This document shows, piece after piece, positions 11,506 through 33,201 of a DNA stretch of 64,000 nucleotides. The DNA is from Tubiluchus corallicola (lineage: Eukaryota; Animalia; Priapulida): contig JAQGDQ010000001.1 of the NCBI GenBank assembly GCA_030141605.1, forward strand, positions 1,736,001-1,800,000, read 5' to 3'. The notes under the pieces are model-generated. The model saw only the letters and a list, made by a program, of their open reading frames with translations, was not told the origin of the DNA and searched no databases. Within the stretch, counting starts at the first letter, position 1; each line of letters opens with the position of its first letter. The position numbers and the translations under genes were made by a program.

Positions 11506-13188
11506 TCATGTGTCCAGCATAAGCTTAGGATTGTATAAATGTTTGAATGCAACAAATATTGTTGTGCCATCTGTATTGTTGTTGTCAGCAGTTAGAAAGT
11601 TTTCGTGCACCATGCCTTTCAGGATCTTCACTTGCACATGTTCAGTATTGTCATCCACACTTGTCACTTTGGCTTCCATGTACTCAGAAACTTGTGGACA
11701 AACTGATTCAGTTAATTCTAGGATCTTGAATGCAATACGATCTCCAATTCTGGGCAGTGATTTCAGATCAGCAAGAGTTTCATAGTTAACACGTTTATTA
11801 TCATTTAAGGATAATTCAGCATTTTCTAAAGATGAAGTAACAGCCTCTGCTGCAGTCTTTTTGGTATCTACTGGAGTTTTTAGTTGTGCAACAGAGTCAC
11901 TCTCCTGTTGTTGCCCATCTTCATCCATTGCTTCCGCTGCTATCACACTGTTACAACATCCAGCATTATATGAGTTACACTCATTAGTATTTCTTTCCCG
12001 AACTTGTAAAGTTGTTTCGCCTTGCTTTTTTGTGTCTGCTAGAACAGAATCAATATAGCTGTTGTCATTCAATGATTCAAAAAATGAAACTTGATGTGTA
12101 GCTCTTTCAGCTGTTTCTGGAATGACTAAACCGGGAGCTGGATTTTGCATGTCACTATCGGAATCTGGAAAGACAATTTTCTTGTTCTTTACGTGACCTA
12201 TCAAGGGTGTAAAAGAAGGATTAGTTATCGGTAAGGGAGTGCACTGAACAGGTTCCTTTTTCTTAGCCAATTTACGTCTCTTTCGTCGCTTCTTTTGTTG
12301 CGATTCATTGGCTACATTCACAAGTTGCTGATTTTCTATAGGAACAATGTTCAGATACTGCTCAGGGGTGCGACTATTGTCAGCCGACTCATGGTATTCT
12401 TCACTGTGTTTTTCCCTCCGTTTTTTGTTCTTCTTTTTCCTGTGTGGTTTTTCATATACTTGTTGGCATTCTACATCCACTGCGTCAGTTGAGTTAGACT
12501 TGCAATGTTTCTTTTCGACTTTTTCCTCACAAATTTCAGTTTTTTGTGTCTTGCTGACCATTTCAGTGTCTCTAAGAGACCATCCTTTCCCAGTTTGTTC
12601 TTTCATAAGCCGATTCATTAACTCTTGTTGAGTTAGTGGAACAATCACTCCACAATCTTGACTTGTATTTTTCTTGGCAATTGTTTGCACAAGTTGTTCA
12701 CTTTTGCTTTTCATTTCAGGATTATTTTTCTTTTCTTTCCCTTCTTTTCTGTCCCTGCTTTTCTTTGCTTTTGGTTTAGTACAATGGTGACCAGCTTCCA
12801 CATTTTCCACACCAGTATTTACTGTTTTTGTTAATGACTGCAATTTTAGTAATTCAACACTTATCAAATCTCCATCTCTTATGATTTGTGAACTTTCGTC
12901 AGAAGGCAACAATCCTCCATTGAGAAATAGGTGTACACGTAAATGGGCTATTCCAGCTTCGTCATTATAAGGCACATGAATTGGCTCAACTTTCCAATTT
13001 GAAAAATAACTATTACACGAATTCTCAGTCCAGTTTACTGCACTTATTCGTCGAGAAACAAGATTTTCCACATCAGCAACATGTTTATGGATGTTAGTGT
13101 CAATTAGAAGCCAAAAGCTAGAACATAATCCGGTAAAATCACTGGAGCTGTTCAGAAACTGTACACGAATGACTGAGTTATTGGTCAT
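11506..13188 (-). CDS. COIL: Coilin-like protein (Cajal body scaffold), single coding exon, about 560 aa
   Basis: N-terminal coilin domain (IRVQF...FWLLID...LFLNGGLLPSDESSQIIRDGDLISV), Lys/Arg-rich NLS-like middle, and C-terminal Tudor-like domain (YETLADLKSLPRIGDRIAFKILELTESVCPQVSEYMEAKV). ATG 13188 is preferred over the ORF-track start at 13281 because an acceptor-like AG lies at 13212-13211 and the conserved domain starts right after MTNNS. Confidence 0.88.
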   Translation of the reverse strand: MTNNSVIRVQFLNSSSDFTGLCSSFWLLIDTNIHKHVADVENLVSRRISAVNWTENSCNSYFSNWKVEPIHVPYNDEAGIAHLRVHLFLNGGLLPSDESSQIIRDGDLISVELLKLQSLTKTVNTGVENVEAGHHCTKPKAKKSRDRKEGKEKKNNPEMKSKSEQLVQTIAKKNTSQDCGVIVPLTQQELMNRLMKEQTGKGWSLRDTEMVSKTQKTEICEEKVEKKHCKSNSTDAVDVECQQVYEKPHRKKKNKKRREKHSEEYHESADNSRTPEQYLNIVPIENQQLVNVANESQQKKRRKRRKLAKKKEPVQCTPLPITNPSFTPLIGHVKNKKIVFPDSDSDMQNPAPGLVIPETAERATHQVSFFESLNDNSYIDSVLADTKKQGETTLQVRERNTNECNSYNAGCCNSVIAAEAMDEDGQQQESDSVAQLKTPVDTKKTAAEAVTSSLENAELSLNDNKRVNYETLADLKSLPRIGDRIAFKILELTESVCPQVSEYMEAKVTSVDDNTEHVQVKILKGMVHENFLTADNNNTDGTTIFVAFKHLYNPKLMLDT

Positions 13189-13371
13189 GCTGGCACGTTT
13201 AAGTGCAAACCTATCAATGAGATAAATTGTTAGCACTGTAGATGAGCGAACTGTAACTTTGTTTTTACTGTAACTTGTCATGTAAGCCTGGACATAAACT
13301 GAGCCTGCTGCACAGACACAAAAAATTTACGACTTACATGTTAATACCGAATGTCAGACATTAGTGTTAGC

Positions 13372-14531
13372 CAGTGGCAGATTGGGTCTAAAATTTCTAC
13401 CGGGAAAACTTGTAAAAGGACCCAGACAAAAGCACCTACTTAATCCCAAAATGTAGTCAAAGGAATCAGATAAACGTAAAGGTTTCAGGTAAATAAAATG
13501 TTACATCTATTCAATATTGTGTTGTATTCATTTATGTTAATGTGTGCGTAATATGAATGCTAGAAAATTTTAATAATCTTATAACAAAAATGAAAATCTC
13601 AATCATAGAACAACCAATCCGAGTAAAGCATAATTTGAAATTATTTTCAAAATATAATTAAAATTGAAATGTGTGCATTTTTTAAAGTGTGCACACATCA
13701 CTAGCAGTCAAAATTCAGTAACATACAAAGCACAAATCTCCTAGATAGCAAGCAATCTAGGAAAATGTGTCGATTTTTTCTCAAGAAATTGAATAATATC
13801 ATCCACAGAAATTTCAGAAAGTAAATGTTTTTCGATGCTTATCAACATAAGCTTTTAGAAGCTCATTCGATAGTGAAGAGCGTAGTCAGCAATCGACTTT
13901 TTACGATTTTTAATTATTTGGAACTGATCAGTTGGACAGCTGTAAATGAACTAGTCTTACATGACACTGCACATTGTTTTTGCGGGAGTTTTCTACGTTG
14001 TACTGTCATATGAACCATGTGGTAATTTTCCTAAATTCCTGTGCGCAGTAAGTGCGGCGCATGCTATATTAACGACAACAATAAAATTAATTAAACGAGA
14101 CCATTCTTTGCTTTTGCAATGTATAATTTCATTGCAGATCTTATAATGCTGTTGTGTCGATGGGCAATGTGTAATACATGGCTATCTTTCATGATGTAAT
14201 AAAAATATTTTGTGTCTTTTACCCGATGCCTCAAATTTTGAATTACTGACGGAATATTTCTTATAATGTGCTTAATATCTCATAAATCAAAACAAAAATA
14301 AAAAAATACCCTTAAAAATGAAAAAAGCTTCATCAAACAAGGAATTGAGGATATCTATTATCTACCGAAAGAATTGTGGCGTAAAAGATGCCTTATTTAA
14401 ATCTTTCCCGAATCTATGCAATATTCTTATTTTTTTAGTTTACTTTTTTCGGTTATTTTTAAAATGATGGTCCATCACTTTTGGGCCGACCAGGAAATTT
14501 CTCGGTATCGCGGTGAGCCAGTTCGCCACTG
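13372..14531. mobile_element. Non-autonomous hAT-type DNA transposon (about 1.16 kb)
   Basis: Terminal inverted repeats CAGTGGCAGATTGG / CCAGTTCGCCACTG. The 8-bp flanks gtgttagc (13364-13371) and atgttagc (14532-14539) match 7/8, as expected for a hAT target-site duplication. Confidence 0.75.
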
Positions 14532-14699
14532 ATGTTAGCTTATACCCGAGTCTTATGTTTCATTGAAACAGAATTTTTTTAGGTTTACTATATACTAATT
14601 TTTTGTGGGAAAATATCTTTCATATTATTTTTACAGAAAGTTGTGATACAAAATTGATTAAAGTTTAAATGTCCATTAGATGAGTAGTAGATCTTATGA

Positions 14700-14938
14700 A
14701 CATCTGTGTGCACACCATAAATGGGCATGCCCAAACGTAACACACCCAGAAAGAACAGGCTAAAAAAGCCAATTTGCAGTTTCCCCCTCAGGGGTCCAGC
14801 AATCTGCTTCAAGATGCATCTTTTTTCTCAGCTAGCCACCTTTTTCACAAAGTGTCATGCAAATCTTAGGTAGTTTTTGTATAAGAAAGGACCAAACAAA
14901 CAAACAGCATTGGAGCATAACTTTCTTGGCAGAGGTAA
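14700..14938 (+). mobile_element. Possible non-autonomous Helitron/Helentron-like fragment
   Basis: Ends in (caaa)n ... cataactttcttggcagaggtaa, resembling the AACCTCCTTGGCGGAGGTAA terminus I recall from Helentron-associated elements. Recalled similarity only. Confidence 0.3.
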
Positions 14939-15379
14939 AATAATTAAGATAATTGTCATCTAGAGCAACCTAATTAATTTTATGTGTGTCATTTTTTCCT
15001 ATTTTTTCCATTTTTGCCCCTTTTTCCTGTGCGATTTTTACCATGTGCCTATATAAGTGGTAAATTAACAAATTTTATTGGCTTCTATCAAAAATATACA
15101 CTTCTCAGCTTCCTTTTGACTTGTTTAGTATAGACTTTTTACAAATTTTATATTGCTGCTTTCTATCTGTGTAATGTATTACAATGTAATGCATTAATGG
15201 TCTAAAATGACTAATTAACCAAGTAACATCACAGGCATTACCTGCAGCCTGTTCAAAGCAATTATTGTGGTTAGTATGTATCAAATTTCGTGAGCGTAGA
15301 TGGGAACCGAAAAAAGGTGCTTATGGCATTGCACAGCCAAATTTTTGCATACTTCACAAATATAGCATCACATATATAT

Positions 15380-15433
15380 TGTTATACTGTCATGATTAGG
15401 GGTTAAACGAGTACACTCATAGAAACCCCATAG
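15380..15433 (+). repeat. Dispersed repeat, copy 1 (second copy at about 31278-31330)
   Basis: ttgttatactgtcatgattaggggttaaacgagtacactcatagaaaccc aligns with ttgttatactgtcagggctaggggtcaagcgagtacgctcatagaaatcc near 31278. Confidence 0.65.
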
Positions 15434-15859
15434 TCGAGTAATGGTATCATAAAGGCTAGTGTAAAACAAAAATGACTTTTAAAGAAAAATTGTAATTTTA
15501 ATGGCTTCTTCAATTAATATTAATCAGGCTTTCAAATATAGCTCCAAAATCCACATCATGCGACAGCCCCTGGAGCGCGACCCTCACCTCTCTCGGTTAG
15601 TCATAAATTATTATCTAAAATTAACTTTAAAAATATTATTACGTAATGCTCCCTATATTTTATTTATATGCATATCTTGGTAATCACAGAAAAGTAGCTT
15701 GAACATAACTTACAACAGCACCACATTTAATACGGCATGAATGTACTGCCGTAAGTGCAGACTGCAAGGCTTGCCAACTCCCTCATAGCCGGGTATTTAC
15801 TTTAAAATTAGTAATATTATTATCTATGGCTCCCCTATATAACTTGAATAAAGTATACA

Positions 15860-17020
15860 ACCGATGACTTACACTGCATAGTTCTGTCACCTAGAAGTAT
15901 TCTTATGAAGTATTATTTGTATACAATTATGAGATACATTTATTTCTAAATAAATAATTATTACAAAATGGCATTACTGTTTTCCACATAATATTGTTTT
16001 CGATTATGTAAATATGACTGCAGCAATTGAAGAGGCAGGCCTCTGATGCAATAGTGTTCAAGTTTGGCTAATAAAATATCATGTTGTACAGTATCAAAGG
16101 CCTTCGATAAATCTAAAAATATGGCACACGTGCACTTATTATGATCCATATTTAGTAACAGATTGTATATATTCAGCAACAGCTAAGGCTGTGCAGTATC
16201 TTTTGGGAAACGCAAACTGAAATCTAGAGAGAATTTTGTTGTCGTTTATAAATTTTATTAGTCTGTCATAAAGCAGTTTTTCAAAAATTTTGGAGATAGG
16301 TGAAAGTAAGGATATTGGCCTATAGTTAGTGGGGTTATCGGGGAGTCGCCTTTATAAATAGGAATAATTTTAGCTATCTTTAAATAGTTAGGGAACGTAC
16401 CTTCAGTAGTAGCCTTGTTAAATAATTTAGTTAGAACAGGGGAAATAACGAGGCCAGTTGATTTGTAAAATGATATAGGAATATTTTCATGACCAGAGGC
16501 TTTGTTCTGATTTAAATTATTTATTGCTGTATTTACTTCAGCTTCAATAATGAGTATTAAGAAGAACGAATTTAGCAAAGGACATTCTAGAAAAGACTGA
16601 AATGACAGTTGTGAGTATTTTAGATGCCATGCCAGGACCAATGCAAGAAAAAAGTGTTCATGACTTGACAGATATCAGTTCTATCACTTAAGAGAATGCC
16701 ATCTTTGTATACCTTTCTTCGTGTTATGCGTTGATGCAATTTAGCATTAATTAAACTATTTATGGTCGACCAAAGTTTCTTTGTGTTATTTTTATTATTT
16801 TGTGAGATTTCTTGATAGTAGCTTTTGTTTTGCTAAATATTTTATATGGTTGAGTTTGTTCGAATAAACTTTGTAAAACTTTGTATTTATTTCTATTATA
16901 AATATTGTTAGAGTTTTTAAATATATTAAACAGTTGGCTTCTGGTTTTAATAGATTTCAGTATGCCTGGTGTTATCCACGGCTTGTGAAAAGTTACCACT
17001 TCACATCTTGTCCGTTGCAA
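15860..17020 (-). mobile_element. Degenerate CR1/L2-like LINE reverse transcriptase fragment
   Basis: Broken ORFs 16760-17020 (KPWITPGILKSIKTR), 16258-16641 (LNQNKASGHENIP...FPNYLKIAKIIPIYKG) and 15961-16179 (AIFLDLSKAFDTVQHDILLAKL) carry hallmark non-LTR RT motifs, with frameshifts and internal deletions. Confidence 0.9.
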
Positions 17021-17156
17021 TTTTTGTCAGATTTGTTAATTGAGATAATAATTAATGTCCATTGTTCAATGTTCAGGCCCCAGGGATAAGACAACTTTTA
17101 GAAGCATTCTGTTCAAGGTCCATACAAAGTGTAAAAAGAGAAAGGACGAAACTTAC

Positions 17157-17240
17157 TGTTACGTATTCCGTTTTTGCGATCAGCGGCTATCCTGGCGGCA
17201 TCAAACGGCGGATGATTAACAAATTTTGAGCGGCGCATTG
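17157..17240 (-). promoter_or_regulatory. Putative promoter / non-coding first exon of coilin
   Basis: CpG-dense patch ending in a strong minus-strand donor GTAAGT (acttac at 17151-17156), which could splice to the acceptor at 13212-13211. Inferred, no transcript evidence. Confidence 0.45.
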
Positions 17241-17569
17241 ACTGTAATAATAATATTTTTAAGTTCATCAATAATGTTGGCTTACTCGCAATTTCGATAA
17301 GCCAAAATCACTTTTGCGTTTTTAATAAAAGAAGAACATCTCAATTAAAAGCAATTATTAGTTTAAAAAACTGAAAACGTGTAATGAAAAGGAAAAAAAT
17401 GTAGCAATAAGTTTGTATTATGTACTTGCAAATACTTCTTCAGTTTTCTTGTAAGTAAAATTTTATTGTGCTTCCTGAGGAAAGAGGCTAACTGGCTGCG
17501 TGATGGGCTGCCTACTATGTAAAAAAGTAATGCATTTTTTATTGATTTTTCTCTTCCTCCCTCTCTTAG

Positions 17570-17637
17570 ACAGAGAGCAGGAGGGAGAGAGAAAGAAAGA
17601 GAGAGGGAGAGGAAGAGAGACAGTGAAAGGGATGGAC

Positions 17638-17685
<48 letters not shown>

Positions 17686-17700
17686 AGGGAGGGAGGGAGG
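17570..17700. repeat. (GA)n / (GGGA)n polypurine microsatellite
   Basis: Purine-rich run including about 18 uninterrupted GA units at about 17643-17679, followed by GGGA repeats. Confidence 0.95.
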
Positions 17701-19019
17701 TAGTGAGTCCTGCAATTAATCTATATAATTACACATATTTTATATTGTAGGTTTGTTTATAAATAATTTGCACACGCATGCATGCACACAACAAGTAATT
17801 GCATACAGTGCTTCATATATAAATAATCATTACAGTAGTAGAGATGAGTAGGACTGAACTGCCAGCCTAGGGCGTCGTAATGTCTTGATACACCCATGAA
17901 CACACACTAACGTACATGTATGTACGTTAAATTATTACATACAAAGTTTCTATGAAGCTGAGCCTATATATTTAACTATATAAAATGATTGGCCTTAGCA
18001 CTTAGGCCTGTATAAAATCAATTAATTTAAGCCCATCAATAAATAACATTTATCAAGACTTGTCAGTGGATTTAGCCATAGGTGTTTTATTAGTATGCTT
18101 ATACAAGTTCATTTTTTACACGTAAACAAACTGTATTCAATGAACACTTATTTTAATGTGAGCCTAACTAAATCTTAAAAAAATTAGGCTAAATATAAGT
18201 GACGTCTACACGTGATATATAAAGTGTTATGACACGCCTGCCGATTCTAATTTATGTGCCAGGTTGGCTTCTCACCTGAATTCCGTAACTTGATTTTGAC
18301 CTATTTAGTTGGTTGTATAGAGGTGGAAGTAATGTGACGTGCTTAGAATGACAGCTCTGATGTTTTGTTTTTTTTGTTTTTTGTTCACTGATAATGAAAA
18401 AGAGGAGTAATGTCGTAAATGCATCTCCGTTTGTTCAACATGATTTTATAACCAACTCCAACTCATGACAAAGGCCAATGTACGATTATATGCTTTTTAA
18501 ACATCTTTTAACTTGGAATTAACAAAACATGCAGATCCTAAGATTAAGTTTTCTTCTGGAAAAATTATTTGCTCTTCTGAAAAAATTGATTTTTTTCTAT
18601 AAAAGGTATTACACATGAAAGTCAGGCCTAATATTTCTTCAAGTTATATTTCCTGATAAGAACATATTGAATAGGAATGTTTTTAGAAAAATATTTCTCC
18701 AGAAATAGAAAACTGCACGAGCCAGGTATTTGCAAACTTTCTTTATGATCAATTTTCTTAACTTCTTTTGTAAATAAGCCTATTAATTTTCACGAGATAT
18801 GATTATAATAGTTTTTATTTTAACTACTAATAATTCTTAATGCCTTATGCTTACTTTAAATAATATTCAAATGTATAACAGCTGCTACAAATCACCAAAC
18901 AGAGATGTAGGCCTTGCAGTCTTTGCTTCGTGTACAAAATATTTAACTTGTAAGAAAAGTTACAAAACTGTGTTATAATTAACATTTTATTATAATTACC
19001 TGGCTGCATCCTAGGAAAA

Positions 19020-19443
19020 TTTTATTTGTGTTTTCGCAACTCCCGCTGAGCAATTTATGAGCTCACTGTTAACCAGCCTGATTTTGGGGTGGTATCATGG
19101 ATTCATCTGGTGCAGTACAAGGTGTGCGAACAGCTTGCGCTATAGCGTACCTGACAACAACAGTCCGTCCTGCTGTGCCGCTAGGGCGACAGTAACTGCG
19201 CGAACTGCTGCGCCGAATGCTCCCCTGCTTTATGTGGTCCGTATTCTTTGGTACATACGCATTCGAAAGTTTTCACTTTAAAGGTTTCCCATAATGAATT
19301 TGTTCCGTTGCGGTTACTTCACTTGCTTCCTTTTTCAAAGACATCTCTGCAGAAAGTTCTTAGGAATTAAATGGCCTGACAGAATGTACAATGGTGATCT
19401 GTATAATGTGGTGAAGAAGAACCTTTGGGTAAACTAATCCAAA
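19020..19443 (+). promoter_or_regulatory. Putative CpG-rich promoter and non-coding first exon of CDC7
   Basis: GC/CpG-rich island at about 19030-19320 followed by a donor GTAAGA at 19444. The matching acceptor TTTCAG ends at 23186, 4 nt before the CDC7 ATG. Confidence 0.45.
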
Positions 19444-19989
19444 GTAAGAACTAGAATTTATTGCTAGATTTAACATGAGCATACAAGTTTACAATGATAA
19501 TTACACGGAAGCATTAAATTAACCCAAATTTTGACACAGAAAACTTTAATATATAATTTTTATTGAGACTACTGGTGTGCTTCTGGACACCACCAGGAAT
19601 AAAATCTTGTGTTGGTGCTGCCCAGATGAATGGTGAATTTGAAATTTGAGAAACAAAAACAGAAATGCAGTAAATTATCTCACACTTACTCACTCTTGAG
19701 GACAATGTGCAAAAAGGACGTTTCAGGGAATACAGCACGTTGATGAGGAATACGTGAATGACAGATGTTAGTACGATGATGTTGTGACGCCGATTAAGTC
19801 ATGATAGTATTGCCAAAGCATAAATATAGCCAAAATAAGAATAAATAGAAAGAGGCACAATTGATTGCCAATTATATTATATAGTTTTATATGGATGAAT
19901 TGACAGTTGTGCGTATTTGCATGTACATGCTGTGAAGGCATATATTTGCATATACCATGCTGTTGGTATATACATTATACATCCACACA

Positions 19990-22215
19990 TTCAAAGTGAT
20001 CATTCGGAATATGTGGCAAATATGTATGATTTGAGATTTTTCTTTAATTTAGGAATTGACTCAGAGGTTTTAATGCATTCAGGTAATTTATTCCAAGTTA
20101 TAGGGCCATTAGTGGAAGTAAAATGTTTACCAACATTAGTTCTTGAAAAATTAATAGTATATTCGTTGTTTCTAGTGTTGTACCGTTTTATATTAAGTTT
20201 AGCTGGATTATTGAAAAAGTTTGGAAATCACTTGAAATGAGTCATACGTATATTTAGAGGTACGGAAATACAACAGATCTTCTAGCCTAAAAATTTTACT
20301 GCCAAGGTAATGAGCTTTAGTGACTGTTATACCTTTAGGTAATTTATGAACAATGCGAAGAAATTTTCCTTGTAGTCTTTGAAGTTTTAACAAATTAGAT
20401 GGATAAGTTGAGCCTCGTTGGATGTTTGCATAAGTTAAATATTGCAAAATTAATGAGTTATATACTGTGATTAGGAGCTGAGGCAATAGACTGCGACTAA
20501 TATGACTGATAATTCCAACATTTTTTGCAATTTTCATACCTATGAGGTTAATATGAGAAGTCCAATTTAAATTTTCTTGTAAAATAACTCCTAGAAATTT
20601 TATTTCAGTTACTTGCTCTATAGTAACACCTTCTATTACTAGCTGATTATTTAAAGGCAATGGCTTGTTTTTAGGGTGAAATAGTATAACTTTAGTTTAA
20701 TTAGGATTTAAGGATAACTTATTGACTTTCAACTAGTCAGAAATTTGTTGCAGGACAGCATTCATTTGATTTATTAGATGATTTTTCACATGCATAAATA
20801 TAGCTGTATCGTCAGCATACTGGGTTATTTCAATATCATGTTGAAGAGCGTTAATATTATTTATATAGATGAGAAATAATAGAGGCCCAGGGATCAAATT
20901 TTGAGGTACTCTACTACTAACTGTTTGCTCAGAGGAAATTGTCTCATTACATCTGACAGACTGCCTTCGATTTATTAAGTAGCTTTTAAACCACGAAAGT
21001 GCAATCCCCCTAATTCCATAGAATGAAAGTTTGTGCAGGAGAGTGTTATGGTCCACAGTGTCGAATGCTTTTGATAAATCACAAAAAATACCAGCAGTAA
21101 TAGAGATATTTTCAATAGCTTTAACTAGTTCATTGCATACATTATTATTGCGAGTTCTGTGGAACATCCTTTACGAAACCCAAACTGGTTATCATTTAAT
21201 ACGTGGTATTTACCTAGAAATTGATTTAATTGACTATGAACACATCTTTCAAGAAATATAGAAAAAAGTGTAGCAAAGACACTGGCCTATAATTATTCAT
21301 TATGGTTGCATCTCCGAATTTTAGCTAATTTCATATTATCAGGAACTATTCCAGTGCTTAGAGAGGTATTGATTAAGTAACATAATGGTAATGAAATTTG
21401 GTGAATTACATCTAAAGCAATCCTAGGAGAAAAATTATAAATATCAGAACTTTTATAAGGATTAAAGGTTTTACTGATTTTTATTACAGCCTCGGGAGTG
21501 ACTGGAGTAAATAAAAAGAAATTCATACAGTTTCCGTGTAAATAATGTTCATAATTTACTTCTGCGGGAACGAGTTGGTTAGCTAAATTACTGCCAATGT
21601 TAGCAAAATGTTGATTGAAAGTATCACCTATTGAGGAATTATTAGTTATTATTTTGCTATTTATATTTAGTTTGATGTGAGCATAAAGTTTTGTTCGATT
21701 CATCATCTTTTTCATTACAACCCAGGTTCTTTTTATATTGTTAAAAATGAACTCTAATTTATTTTTGTAATAAGTATCTTTAGAAATTCTTATAAGTTTG
21801 TTTAATTCATTATGATGCTTTTTGTAACTGGCAGGTATGAGCGGATCATTTTCTTTCAGAGTAAATTTATACAGTTTTTTTTGGTTAATAGATTATAGCA
21901 AACCATAAATGATCCAAGGCCTTTTAGGTTCTTTAGATGATCTGTTGGAATTTTTTTTATAGAATAGTTCCATTGCTGAATTAACATCATTACTAGCTAA
22001 GACATTATCTCAGCAAGTATTATTTAAATCTTGTTTCAAATTGCATTTAACAGCATCATTACAAATAATTCTCTTGGGGTTTCTTTTATTGACAGACGGT
22101 ATTATTCAATCAATTAAAGTAAAAATAGGTAAGTAGTCAGTAATATCTGTAAGCACAGCATCAGGCTTATAGTCATATTCTACTATATTAGTAAATATAT
22201 TATCAAGACTGCATT
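19990..22215 (-). mobile_element. Degenerate CR1/L2-like LINE ORF2 (endonuclease end, RT, C-terminus), about 2.2 kb
   Basis: Broken ORFs 21293-21715, 20733-21167 (GIFCDLSKAFDTVDHNTLLHKL...GPLLFLIYIN...QYADDT) and 20208-20660 (IKFLGVILQENLNWTSHI). An endonuclease-end remnant resembling LIDNIFTN...DITDYLPIF lies near 22130-22210, and GPITWNKLP near 20085-20110. Confidence 0.92.
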
Positions 22216-23190
22216 GGATTGGGCATTTACTGAGATTGCCTAGTCACTACTAGTCTAGTACGTGTAGTTAACTAGTAAAATTTTACTAAAAACTATAGTA
22301 AAGTAAAAATTTTATTTATTGTCGAAATTTTACAAAAGAACAATATTAGGTATTTGCTATTTATTCTAAAACAATACACACTGTGTAATTAGGAATTCAG
22401 GACACATTTTACAGTACAATTTCCTATGAACTCACGACACAGGGCTGCAATGGGTAGTAACACATTTTGTTAGAACTAGAAGCTGTATATTGTTTAATGT
22501 AGGTATGTACACAACTTAAGAGAAATCCATTAAATGAAAACTTTTAAACCAGCACTTATAATCATTATTTATTATACTGTTAATGAAAGCAAGGTACAAT
22601 TGTAATTAAACATTCTTAGCAATGAAAGCTACCAAATCTCTGCGATTATTTTTACACAATCTGCCAGAAAGTGAGAGAAGAGAGGAATGCCTTAGTGTTA
22701 CATAGCAGTGGAATGTAAAACATTTTACATTTGAGTTGTTTGTAGACTCCATGCAAAGCAAATTTTAGTAACAGCTGAGGGGAGTCACCTAGCATAAATG
22801 TCAGTAACTGTCCTGCTGGGTTTTTTCCTCTGTCTCATCTGTCCAATGGAGTTGTGTCTTTGATATTGTTTTTAAAACTTGCCTGGTGTGACAGGTGGCA
22901 TTGTTATTGAGCATATTTATGATTTGGACTGTGTCTACTTGCTAAATGGCTGCATCCAAACATTCTGTCCCTTCCACATTTTATTTTCTATTACTTTTTG
23001 TCTGAGACAGAAGATTATTTTTATTAGTTGCTTGTTTTGTAATTAGTACAGTGTATAACATTGTTACACTGTATTCAAAGCTATTATTTTAGTAAATAAA
23101 TAATGAAATTTGGTTTTTTAAGAGTTCGCATTACCGGCAATACCATTCGCATTACTGTGCATGTATATCAATCATTACATTTTCAGCATT

Positions 23191-33201
<10,011 letters not shown>

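Noticed and set aside
11501-12631. Plus-strand ORFs overlapping coilin
   Set aside because: Antisense shadows of a real CDS with no independent motifs; the same applies to 24991-25476, 36926-37165 and 52611-52877.
13189-13281. N-terminal 31 aa of the 591-aa ORF as part of coilin
   Set aside because: It precedes the conserved domain start and spans a likely splice acceptor at 13212-13211, so it is probably intron/UTR that is open by chance.
17500-17703. ORF with RE/ER repeats
   Set aside because: It is the translation of the (GA)n microsatellite; likewise 48705-48890 is the (CATA)n repeat.
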